Shown: one piece after another, positions 7,449-16,500 of the stretch
How the letters are laid out: every line of letters starts with the position of its first letter
Position numbering within the stretch: position 1 is the stretch's first letter
NCBI GenBank assembly: GCA_051275765.1
Contig: JBNMOV010000001.1
Location: 1-53,329 of the forward strand
DNA: 53,329 bases
Direction of reading: 5' to 3'
Source of the DNA: Maribacter sp.
Lineage (GTDB): Bacteria; Bacteroidota; Bacteroidia; Chitinophagales; Saprospiraceae
Notes under the pieces: generated by a model
The model's input: the letters and a program-made list of their open reading frames with translations, nothing else
What the model was told of the DNA's origin: nothing
Databases searched by the model: none
Program-made: the position numbers and the translations under genes

Positions 7449-9974
7449 ATGTCTTTAAAAAATAAGTTCAGAAATTTTTTCCTTTGGTCTTTTGGTATAT
7501 TCTTCTTATTGATTCTCATCGTATTATTTGGTTCTTCTTTCTTTGCAGACAGGATAGGTAACGCTGTTATTTCAGAACTGAACGAGAATCTGAAACATGG
7601 AATAGAGGTTAAGGATTACGACCTTACACTCGTTAAATATTTTCCTAATGCAGCAGTCACTTTGCACCACGTAAAAGTGCCTGATGATCTCAATAAAAAT
7701 ACTTTACTCGAAGCAGAAGAATTAGCATTTAGATTCAAATTATTTAGTTTGCTTGGTTCTAAAATTAAAATTAGCTCTGTTGTAGTGAATAATGGGGCAT
7801 TCTTTGTTAATATGGATAGAAACGGAGAAGGCAACTATGATATTTTTAAAGAAACAAAAGGAGATGCGAGTGATGAAGGCAGTGATCTGAGTATCAAATT
7901 AGAGGAAGCGAAGATGGTAGATGTCGAATTAATCTATGCAGATAGACAGAGTAATCAAGACGTAGTTTTGAATATCAAGGAGGCGAATATGGCAGGAGAA
8001 TTTTCTGGAGAACGCTTCGCATTGAAGAGTGATGCTGTTTTTGAAAGTAAGTTTTTTGAAACAGTAGATGGAAGGTATTTTTCTGGTAAGAATATTTCTT
8101 ATCGAGCAGATGTGGATGTCGATTTAAAAAATGAACATTACCAATTTAGGGACTTTTTACTAACGATAGAAGAAAATAAATTTAGCATTGGAGGCGAAGT
8201 CAAGAAGGAGGTAGATGAATATTTATATGATTTGACTTTCGATGGTAAGGATTGTACGCTACAATCATTATTGGGATTATTACCTGAAGGATATGTTGAG
8301 GATTTGGTTGGTTTACAGAGTAAGGGCGATTTGACTTTTGAAGGAACTGTCAAAGGTAAATCAGGAAAACAGCAGCCTGTTATTGATATAAAACTAGGTC
8401 TGAAAGATGGTAAAATTAGTGGTCCACAGCTCAATTCTCCCTTCAAGGATCTAACTTTTACAGCGACTTATACCAATGGAAAAGCACGTTCAAATCAGTC
8501 TTCCATTTTAGAAATACAGGATTTTAAAGGATATATCCAACGAGAAATGATCGAGTTGAAACTCAAGGTTACTAATCTCGACGATCCTTTTGTGGATGCT
8601 TATTTCAATGGTTCGATTCCTTTAAATGCTGTCTATAAATTTGCCAATTCTGATTTGATTACAGATGCTAAAGGCGATTTGGAAGTAGATGGATTAGAAG
8701 TTCATGGACGATATGAAGAAATGATGAATCCTAATTTGATGTATAAAGTGCAGTCTGATGGGAGAATAGATTTTGATGATGCGATGATAAAGATCAAAAA
8801 TGAAAAGATTACAGTAGATAGAGGTTCTCTTATTCTCAAAGGAAATGACTTGACATTAGAGGATTTTGAAATAGAAGGAGTAGGTAGCGAAATCAAGTTG
8901 AGCGGTTCTTTTAGAAATTTAATTCCTGTGTTATTATCTGATTCTATTAATTCAAAAGAGGCTAAATTAATTTTCGATTCCAAATTGATAGCAGAATCTT
9001 TAGACCTCGAGCGATGGCTGAATCTATCTGCTGTTCCTGAAAAAGAAACTATAGAAGAAGAGGTTTATGACTCATTGAAAGCAGAACAATTTGCTAATAG
9101 AGAGGCGATTACCAATTTTTTGGATGGTACATTCGAGTGTAACATTGAAGAATTTAGCTATGGAAAAATAAAAGGTGAGAATTTTAATGGAAAACTAACA
9201 TTCAAAGATGGTCAGCTTATTGTGGATGGAGGGGTTTCAGCTATGGGAGGCGGTTTTGATTTGGATGGGATTATCTACATGACTCAAACACCACAGCTGA
9301 AAGCAAAACTGGTTTGTAATGGAATAGATGCCTATGAATTTTTCAGACAAACGGATGATTTTGGTCAAGATGTTTTGACCTCTAAAAATATCAAGGGCGA
9401 TATTGATGCTAAAATTGCTATCAATGCTTTCTGGGATAAGGAAGGAGAAATGGAAATGGATAAGCTCCATGTGATCACAGATGCTCGTATTCAGAATGGA
9501 GAGTTGGTCAAATTTGAAATACTAGAGGATTTTTCCAAATTCGTAAAGCTAAAGAATTTGCAACATATTCATTTTACGGATACCAGAAACTGGTTTGAGA
9601 TAAAAGACGAAGTACTTAATATTCCAGTTATGCTCATCCAAAGTAATGCCCTCAATCTGACCATAAGTGGAAAGCACAGCTTCGATCAAAACATAGATTA
9701 TAATGTGAAGGTAAATGCAGGACAGGTCGTGATGAAGAAATTATTCAAGCGTGCAGGCTCTAAGCCTATCAAGGCTAAAAATGGTTTATTCAATCTCTAT
9801 TACAAAATAAAAGGAGATCTAGAAAACTATGAAATGGATAGTGCTAAGAGGATGATAAAAAGAGAATTTGAAGCAAGTGAAATCAAAAAGCAACGATTAA
9901 AGAATCAACTCATCAAAGAATTTGGTACAATAGATGAAGTAACTGAAATCGTAGAATTAGACGACGAGGAATGA
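7449..9974 (+). CDS. Large envelope protein, AsmA-family-like
   Basis: An N-terminal TM anchor followed by ~800 aa of beta-rich sequence. Size and layout resemble AsmA-family proteins, but no diagnostic motif was verified. Confidence 0.45.
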   Translation: MSLKNKFRNFFLWSFGIFFLLILIVLFGSSFFADRIGNAVISELNENLKHGIEVKDYDLTLVKYFPNAAVTLHHVKVPDDLNKNTLLEAEELAFRFKLFSLLGSKIKISSVVVNNGAFFVNMDRNGEGNYDIFKETKGDASDEGSDLSIKLEEAKMVDVELIYADRQSNQDVVLNIKEANMAGEFSGERFALKSDAVFESKFFETVDGRYFSGKNISYRADVDVDLKNEHYQFRDFLLTIEENKFSIGGEVKKEVDEYLYDLTFDGKDCTLQSLLGLLPEGYVEDLVGLQSKGDLTFEGTVKGKSGKQQPVIDIKLGLKDGKISGPQLNSPFKDLTFTATYTNGKARSNQSSILEIQDFKGYIQREMIELKLKVTNLDDPFVDAYFNGSIPLNAVYKFANSDLITDAKGDLEVDGLEVHGRYEEMMNPNLMYKVQSDGRIDFDDAMIKIKNEKITVDRGSLILKGNDLTLEDFEIEGVGSEIKLSGSFRNLIPVLLSDSINSKEAKLIFDSKLIAESLDLERWLNLSAVPEKETIEEEVYDSLKAEQFANREAITNFLDGTFECNIEEFSYGKIKGENFNGKLTFKDGQLIVDGGVSAMGGGFDLDGIIYMTQTPQLKAKLVCNGIDAYEFFRQTDDFGQDVLTSKNIKGDIDAKIAINAFWDKEGEMEMDKLHVITDARIQNGELVKFEILEDFSKFVKLKNLQHIHFTDTRNWFEIKDEVLNIPVMLIQSNALNLTISGKHSFDQNIDYNVKVNAGQVVMKKLFKRAGSKPIKAKNGLFNLYYKIKGDLENYEMDSAKRMIKREFEASEIKKQRLKNQLIKEFGTIDEVTEIVELDDEE

Positions 9975-10294
9975 AGTAATTAAAAGAGGATGGAGTGGTA
10001 AGAAGTAATAATTCATTACCCTACCCACATATATCCACCTTCGCTTGTTTTAGGAGATTTTTTAAAATCATACTTACTAAGCTCGATCCTTTTTTTGATA
10101 GACGCGGCATTTAGTCCAATAGTCCTTTTTTTAATACTTTGCATCTTAATCTTGGTTTTTAGTAGTTTGCAAATACTTAGTGGTTTTATGGATGTTTTAA
10201 ATCCAAAATCGTCAAAATATTTTTCATTTAGGAGGGGGAGTAAAAGAAATAATCATTAGGTATCTTTATATTTTCAAAAACCTTACCAAAAAAG

Positions 10295-10333
10295 AAAACT
10301 GGCTGAATTTCGCAAGAAAATTCAGCCAGTTTT
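10295..10333 (-). terminator. Rho-independent terminator downstream of pepN
   Basis: A 16-bp stem AAAACTGGCTGAATTT/AAATTCAGCCAGTTTT with A/T runs on both sides. Confidence 0.7.
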
Positions 10334-10364
10334 CAATTATTTAACACATGGTAACTATATGTAA

Positions 10365-12953
10365 TTAGTTACCGAATCTGCCATACATACTCTTTAATTG
10401 GTCGTTAGTTTCAGCCTTTTTGATTTCTTCTATCATCTGCTTCAATTTCATTGCACTATCCGTATCCTTAGCATTTTTTAGTTCTTTGAACAACAAATCA
10501 GTAGCATTCATAGCGGCTAATCTTCTCCAAGGATCTTGGCTCATATTAGTAGCTATAGCTTTCATTGAAGTAGCGGACTTCATCATTGTACCTACACCAC
10601 CAGCAGAAGATAATGTAGCATAACTCGTAAAGAAGTTAACTGCTCCGTAGCCTGTCATTTTATCGAAATTCTTTTCGAAGAAAGCCAATTTAGCCATGTC
10701 GCTACTCTCCTCATAAATTTTTCCTACAGCAGCAATGATACTTCCACTGTTTTCATTTTCCAACTTGCCAGCATACACTACAGCAGATTCTTTATCCAAT
10801 TGTGTCAAAGCTTCTAATCCAGCAGAAACCACAGTGTAAGAACGCTCCTTATCCACAGCATTTTTGGCAATGCTTGTATATTTTGTATCGCCAGTAGTTC
10901 CTAGTAAAATTAATGCAGCAGCTTTCACTTGAGAGCGATCGTCACTCTTTGCCATTTCAACTACTATAGACATTTTATCAGCATTATCTAGAGGCTTAAC
11001 CATGCTCAATGCCACGTTTCTGATAGACCAAAATTTATCCTTCAGTGCATCTTTTTTTACTTTTTTTCCAGCAGCACTTGTAGCAGTACTCAATGCTTCC
11101 AGTGCACTATATCTATCATAAAAAAGTGGTGCATTATAAAATTGGAATATATAATCTTCTTCAGTTCTATTCTCATATTTATTTGCTAATAAATAATGAT
11201 CCGCATCAGCAATGATAAGTTTAGGTTCAGTAGCAGACTTGAATCTAAATACTTGCTCACGCTTATCCATCGTGATCATTTTTCTCACAGGGGCTTTTCC
11301 ATTCTCTGTATAAATATCTACAGCCATAGGCAATACGAATATTGCTGGATTTTCCTTAGGATTTTGTACTTGAGAAATCGCTACCATTGCCTCTTTATTC
11401 GTAGCATCATATCCATATTCGATTTCTAATGAAGGATGTCCCTCATTGAAATACCATTGGTTAAAGAACCAATTTAAATCCTGTCCGCTTACAGATTCCA
11501 TTGCTAAACGAAGATTATGAGCTTCTACGGATTGTAACTTATTATCTGTCAAATATTTTTGCAATGCAGCTCTGAAAGCATCATCTCCTATCGTCTTGCG
11601 AAGCATATGCAGAATAGCACCACCTTTATTATAACTATGTGCATCGAACATTTCTTCCTTATCCTCATATCCAAAATGAATCAATGGATGTGTACCAGTC
11701 TGTGAAGAAGAAGCCATATAACCAGATTGTTCGCCCATCAAATGATAATCAGCAGCATCTTCCCCATACTGGTGTTCTAGCCATAAGTATTCGCTGTAAT
11801 TAGCAAAGCCTTCGTTCATTGATAGATTCGCCCAACTTTCGCAGGTTACATAATCTCCAAACCAGTGGTGCATCATTTCATGTGCTACGATTCGATCATT
11901 ATGATTATCAATCAATTCACGAGTAGTATTCTGTACGAAATCGCCAAAAATAACTGCTGTAGTATTTTCCATTGCTCCAGACACATAGTCTTTTGCTATG
12001 ACTTGAGAGTATTTTTGCCAAGGATATTCCACACCTAAATAGTCAGAAAAGAACGTCAACATTTCTGGTGTATTAGCAAAAATAGCTTTAGCATCTTTTT
12101 CATATTCTGGCTCTACTATGTATTGCAATAATTTACCTCTCCATTCTTCCTCTACTACAGCAAACTCTCCTATCATCAACATCGCCAAATAAGGTGCATG
12201 AGGCATATCCATTACCCAATGATCTGTACGTGTACCATCTGAATTTTTCTTAGATGATTTCAATAACCCATTAGAAAGTGTTACAAATTTATTTTGTACT
12301 TTAAGGTGGATTTCTTGCGTCATTCTTTCGTTAGGCTTATCCACTGTAGGAAACCATGCAGAGTTATTTTCTGTTTCTCCTTGTGTCCATATCTGCATAG
12401 GCTTATTTCCTTCTTCTCCTATTGGATTGATAAAGAATAAACCTTTTTCAGAAGTAATGGCTGCACTACCTCCAAATTTTCTTTCATTAGGCTTGGCAGT
12501 ATAGTCGATATAAATTTGGTACTTATCCTTAGAAGTAAATGTTCTACCTAAGTCAATAGTTAGTATCTCATCCTCATAATCGTACTTAGCAGTTTTGCCA
12601 TTTACTTCTACCTTATTCAAGTCGAAACCTTTGGCATCTAAAACCAATTCATTCACATCATAAAATAATGGCTTTACATCTATCCATGCTTCTCCTAATA
12701 CATGTTGCTTACTCCAATCGAATGCTAAATCCAATCTAGTATGTACAATATCATTTTTTCTGGTATAACTAGAATTATACGTAGGAAGTTCTAGCACTAC
12801 ATCTTCGATTTTTGGTTCTGGAGTAACCACTATTTCTTCTAATAATCGCTCTTCTAGAATTTCACCTTCAATGATTGAAGCTGGTCCTTTGCAGCTTATT
12901 ACAAACAAGCTAGATAGTAAAATGACTATCCAACTGTAATTCAATATTTTCAT
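10365..12953 (-). CDS. pepN: Aminopeptidase N (M1 zinc metallopeptidase), lipoprotein
   Basis: GAMEN exopeptidase motif, HEMMHHWFGD (HEXXH) plus the downstream NEGFANY glutamate, and a lipobox LFVISC. The C-terminal helical region is HEAT-like. Confidence 0.9.
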   Translation of the reverse strand: MKILNYSWIVILLSSLFVISCKGPASIIEGEILEERLLEEIVVTPEPKIEDVVLELPTYNSSYTRKNDIVHTRLDLAFDWSKQHVLGEAWIDVKPLFYDVNELVLDAKGFDLNKVEVNGKTAKYDYEDEILTIDLGRTFTSKDKYQIYIDYTAKPNERKFGGSAAITSEKGLFFINPIGEEGNKPMQIWTQGETENNSAWFPTVDKPNERMTQEIHLKVQNKFVTLSNGLLKSSKKNSDGTRTDHWVMDMPHAPYLAMLMIGEFAVVEEEWRGKLLQYIVEPEYEKDAKAIFANTPEMLTFFSDYLGVEYPWQKYSQVIAKDYVSGAMENTTAVIFGDFVQNTTRELIDNHNDRIVAHEMMHHWFGDYVTCESWANLSMNEGFANYSEYLWLEHQYGEDAADYHLMGEQSGYMASSSQTGTHPLIHFGYEDKEEMFDAHSYNKGGAILHMLRKTIGDDAFRAALQKYLTDNKLQSVEAHNLRLAMESVSGQDLNWFFNQWYFNEGHPSLEIEYGYDATNKEAMVAISQVQNPKENPAIFVLPMAVDIYTENGKAPVRKMITMDKREQVFRFKSATEPKLIIADADHYLLANKYENRTEEDYIFQFYNAPLFYDRYSALEALSTATSAAGKKVKKDALKDKFWSIRNVALSMVKPLDNADKMSIVVEMAKSDDRSQVKAAALILLGTTGDTKYTSIAKNAVDKERSYTVVSAGLEALTQLDKESAVVYAGKLENENSGSIIAAVGKIYEESSDMAKLAFFEKNFDKMTGYGAVNFFTSYATLSSAGGVGTMMKSATSMKAIATNMSQDPWRRLAAMNATDLLFKELKNAKDTDSAMKLKQMIEEIKKAETNDQLKSMYGRFGN

Positions 12954-13464
12954 ATTCCTATCAATTTTTTATATAATAAGTAACGTTTCAAAATAATCAA
13001 TAAGTGATGACATGTCCTTTTCGTGATATACTTCCTACTTACCAGCAAGTAGGCATTACAAAAATACTCACGATGCTAAGGCATAGCTCCATTTTTTGAG
13101 CTTGTTTAGCACGAGAAATTCTACGATATTCTCTTATAATATTTTTGAGCCATTATTTGGCTACAAATTTAAATATAAATCTGAGTTTCTTAATACTACA
13201 TTGACACATATAAATAATTTAAAACGGACAAAGTTGTATTAAATAGCTTTAATGATATTAAATAGTCTAGCCTAAATATTTAAAATATTGAATACCATTG
13301 TGACTTTAAGACTACTTACAAAGTCCTTTTTTATATTGAAAAGATGCACACATGCATCTTTTTGATATACAAAACGTAATTTTAGGATTAATTTTTACTT
13401 AAAACTAATTATTCCTGATATTGCTAATTACCTCAATAGGAGTCTCAGGTCTAACAATCACATT

Positions 13465-15993
13465 ATGAAAAAGTCGCGTTTCGTACTCACTTTCTTAGGA
13501 ATTCTATTGCTTCCTTTTCTTCTACAAGCTCAAGTAAATTTTCCTAAAAAAGAAATCAACGCCATTCAAAATATTTTATCTATAAAAATAGATGGAATAA
13601 TGAATGAGGCGATATGGCAAGAATCGGAAATTGCTACTGATTTTATCATTAGTAATCCTACTCCAAATGTGCCTTGTGAAAATAATACTGAGGTAAGGAT
13701 ATTATATGATAATGCTAGTGTATATATAGGGGCTACGATGTACGAAGTTTCCATGGACAGCATTTTAAGACAACTCTGTTTAAGGGATGAAGGGGATCAA
13801 AACCTAAGAGGACCTTTTGGCAATACGAATACGGATTGGTTTGGAGTGATTTTCGATAGTTATAAAAGTGGTGTGGATGCTTTTGGTTTTGCGGTGTCTG
13901 CTGCTGGTGTCCAATTTGATCTCAAAATATCAGAAAATGGTAGTGATGATAAAAACTGGGATGCGGTATGGAAAAGCAATATTACATTACATGACGATAA
14001 ATGGGTGTTAGAAATGAAAATTCCTTTTTCTGCATTGCGTTTCCCTAATGTAGACGAACAGGAATGGTTCATGAATTTTACTAGATTGATTCGTAGGAAA
14101 AGAGAAGAATCTTGGTGGAATCCAGTAGATCCTGCGATCGAAGGAACATTGAATCAAATGGGTATCCTTAAAGGAATTAGTAATATCAAACCACCTATTC
14201 GTCTTCAAGCTACGCCTTATATTGCTGCTGTGATAGAAAACACGAAAGATGGTAGTAGCTCTACTACCAATCAGAATTTATCTGGAGGCTTAGATATTAA
14301 ATACGGGCTGAATGATGCTTTTACACTAGATATGACACTGATTCCTAATTTTGGTGATGTGGCACAAGATAATCAAGTGCTCAATCTCTCTGCATTCGAG
14401 GTTCGATTCGATGAAAATAGGCCTTTTTTTACAGAGGGAACAGAGCTATTCAATAAAGGTGGATTATTCTACTCCAGAAGAATAGGAGGAAGGCCTATAT
14501 ATGCTTCTGATACAGAAGATCGGCTCAATGATAACGAAATCGTCGATTCTAATCCCATTGAAACACCATTATATAATGCTTTGAAATTATCTGGAAGAAC
14601 GAATAATGGTTTAGGAATTGGAGTCATCAATGCTGTTACGCAAAGTACATTCGCTACATTAAAGGATACGATAACTGGGCTGAAACGAAAATTTGAAACG
14701 AATCCCATTACGAATTATAATGTCTTAGTTTTTGATCAAAATCTAAAAAATAACTCTTTCATTTCTTTCACCAATGCTAATACGACCAGATTCGGAGATG
14801 CTTACGATGCCAATTCTACAGCCATCGTATTTGGAGTGAATAATAAAAAACGAACATTGAATGTCAGTGGCTCAGCCAAACTCAGTCAAAAATATGAGAA
14901 GGATGCTAATGATGAATTGAACACTTCCTTAGGTCATGCTTATTCTTTATCTGTAGAAAAAACAGGAGGAAAACTAGGCTATGGTATGTCCTATAATGTA
15001 GAAAGTGATACTTACGATCCTAATGATTTAGGGTTCCTATTTAATAATAATGAACGTTCTACAGGAATTTACTTGAATTATAGAGAGTTTGAGCCTTTTG
15101 GTAAATTTAATAGCATGAGTATCAATGCTTCTATAAATTATAGCATGTTGTACGAACCAGATCTGTATGTTGGATACACTATTTCTGCTAGTAATAATTA
15201 TACGCTAAAAACATTCTTTTCTATGGGATATAGGATAGAAGTCTCTCCCAGTCTAAGCAAGGATTATTTCGAGGCAAGACAGGATGATAATTTCCAAACT
15301 TACGTTGAAATTCCTCCTTACGTAGCTGCGAGTCCTTGGATTTCATCTGATTATAGAAAGAAATTCGCTTATGATGTACGATTGAGATTCGTATATACAC
15401 CAGAGGAAAAAAGATATGATTTAGGTTGGACGGTTTCGCCAAGATTCAGATTTAGTGATAAGTTATTCATGGTTTGGAATACGCAGCATGATTATGAATC
15501 CAATAATGTAGGATTCGTAGATTATGATGATTCAGATGAAAGTGTGCTAGGCGTAAGGGATTTGAATACGGTTACAAATTCACTAAGTGCTAATTATATT
15601 TTCAATAATCAAATGGGCATTACATTAAGAGGCAGGCATTATTGGTCTAAAGTAACTTATGATTCTTATCACTACATTAACGACAAAGGGCGATTAATCA
15701 GCGATTCTGATACAGGATTTGATAATAATGGTAATGTAAGTTATAATGCCTTTACGATAGATTTAATATATAGATGGCGGTTTGCTCCAGGGAGTGATTT
15801 GGTTTTTGTGTGGAAAAATTTCATTTCTAATGACCAATCTCTCGAAAGTCCTGAAGATTTGACCTTAAATTATTTTCAGAATTTTGGTTCATTTGGGGAT
15901 TTCCCACAGACGAATTCCTTCAATCTAAAAATTATTTATTTCCTTGATTACTATACGCTTAAAAACAAATGGGCTAAGCGAAAAAATTCTTAG
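13465..15993 (+). CDS. CBM9-like / DUF5916-type outer-membrane protein
   Basis: Signal peptide and an N-terminal IDG...E..W motif. WDAVWKSNITLHDDKWVLEMKIPFSALRF...W.MNFTRLIRRKREESWW matches the pattern I associate with CBM9/DUF5916 proteins. The C-terminal half is beta-barrel-like. Confidence 0.55.
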   Translation: MKKSRFVLTFLGILLLPFLLQAQVNFPKKEINAIQNILSIKIDGIMNEAIWQESEIATDFIISNPTPNVPCENNTEVRILYDNASVYIGATMYEVSMDSILRQLCLRDEGDQNLRGPFGNTNTDWFGVIFDSYKSGVDAFGFAVSAAGVQFDLKISENGSDDKNWDAVWKSNITLHDDKWVLEMKIPFSALRFPNVDEQEWFMNFTRLIRRKREESWWNPVDPAIEGTLNQMGILKGISNIKPPIRLQATPYIAAVIENTKDGSSSTTNQNLSGGLDIKYGLNDAFTLDMTLIPNFGDVAQDNQVLNLSAFEVRFDENRPFFTEGTELFNKGGLFYSRRIGGRPIYASDTEDRLNDNEIVDSNPIETPLYNALKLSGRTNNGLGIGVINAVTQSTFATLKDTITGLKRKFETNPITNYNVLVFDQNLKNNSFISFTNANTTRFGDAYDANSTAIVFGVNNKKRTLNVSGSAKLSQKYEKDANDELNTSLGHAYSLSVEKTGGKLGYGMSYNVESDTYDPNDLGFLFNNNERSTGIYLNYREFEPFGKFNSMSINASINYSMLYEPDLYVGYTISASNNYTLKTFFSMGYRIEVSPSLSKDYFEARQDDNFQTYVEIPPYVAASPWISSDYRKKFAYDVRLRFVYTPEEKRYDLGWTVSPRFRFSDKLFMVWNTQHDYESNNVGFVDYDDSDESVLGVRDLNTVTNSLSANYIFNNQMGITLRGRHYWSKVTYDSYHYINDKGRLISDSDTGFDNNGNVSYNAFTIDLIYRWRFAPGSDLVFVWKNFISNDQSLESPEDLTLNYFQNFGSFGDFPQTNSFNLKIIYFLDYYTLKNKWAKRKNS

Positions 15994-16121
15994 CATCTCC
16001 ATGATTGGAACTTTTACTCAAGAGGCTATGTTTCTTAGAGTAGCAAATCAACCTTATTTTTATGGCTAGGAACTAGCATTATAAAAATAAATGATTTATA
16101 TTTGCAATCCTAACAAAAGAG

Positions 16122-16192
16122 GGTCGGTTGGCCGAGCGGTTAGGCAGAGGTCTGCAAAACCTCGTACAGCAGTTCAAATCTGCTACCGACCT
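16122..16192 (+). tRNA. tRNA-Cys (GCA)
   Basis: Acceptor GGTCGGT/ACCGACC; anticodon stem GAGGT/ACCTC with loop CTGCAAA; T-arm AGCAG-TTCAAAT-CTGCT; discriminator T. CCA is not encoded. A TATATTTG -7 box lies at 16097-16104. Confidence 0.9.
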
Positions 16193-16196
16193 CAAA
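16179..16196 (+). repeat. attL-like direct repeat (tRNA-Cys 3' end)
   Basis: TCTGCTACCGACCTCAAA is identical to 20786-20803. Confidence 0.9.
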
Positions 16197-16207
16197 CAAT
16201 TTTTAAA

Positions 16208-16246
16208 AACCCTTGTAAACTAGACGTTTGCGAGGGTTTTCTTTTT
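16208..16246 (+). terminator. Terminator after tRNA-Cys (element-borne)
   Basis: A 13-bp stem AACCCTTGTAAAC/GTTTGCGAGGGTT (two G-T pairs), loop TAGAC, then TTCTTTTT. Confidence 0.7.
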
Positions 16247-16247
16247 G

Positions 16248-16272
16248 TATCGGTCGCCTAGCCGGTCACTTT
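16248..16272 (+). repeat. 25-nt direct repeat, copy 1 (TATCGGTCGCCTAGCCGGTCACTTT)
   Basis: Matches 20647-20671 at 23/25 positions in the same orientation. Both copies lie just inside the att-like repeats. Confidence 0.8.
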
Positions 16273-16293
16273 GTACTAGTCAATTCCATTTTA

Positions 16294-16500
16294 CTACTTC
16301 GCAGCCTTTAGAATAGTGTTTTTAAAAAATGCATGATTGAGCATCAGTTCAGCAGCTTCTTTGCCACTCATTTTAATATATTTTTCAAAGTTGGCTAAAG
16401 AACTATGTCCAGTTATCTTCATAATCTGGTAAGGTGGCATTCCTGCCAATATCGCACTGGTACAAAAAGTTCTTCTTGCGGTGTGGGTTTTTATCGGGTA
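16294..16500 (-). pseudogene. Tyrosine recombinase (phage-type integrase), C-terminal ~65 codons only
   Basis: ...THTARRTFCTSAILAGMPPYQIMKITGHSSLANFEKYIKMS... is catalytic box II (H-x-x-R ... H ... Y). Everything N-terminal of about 16500 is missing and is replaced by antisense of the neighbouring gene. Confidence 0.75.

Noticed and set aside
10016-10144. A 42-aa minus-strand ORF (MQSIKKRTIGLNAASIKKRIELSKYDFKKSPKTSEGGYMWVG) between the AsmA-like gene and pepN.
   Set aside because: It has no recognisable family and no clear promoter or terminator of its own. It could be a gene fragment, but the evidence is too thin to call.
16491-16497. TTATCGG at the integrase/beta-helix junction resembles the start of the 25-nt repeat (TATCGGTCGCC...), hinting at site-specific recombination as the cause of the deletion.
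   Set aside because: Only 6-7 nt are shared, which is well within chance expectation in 53 kb.
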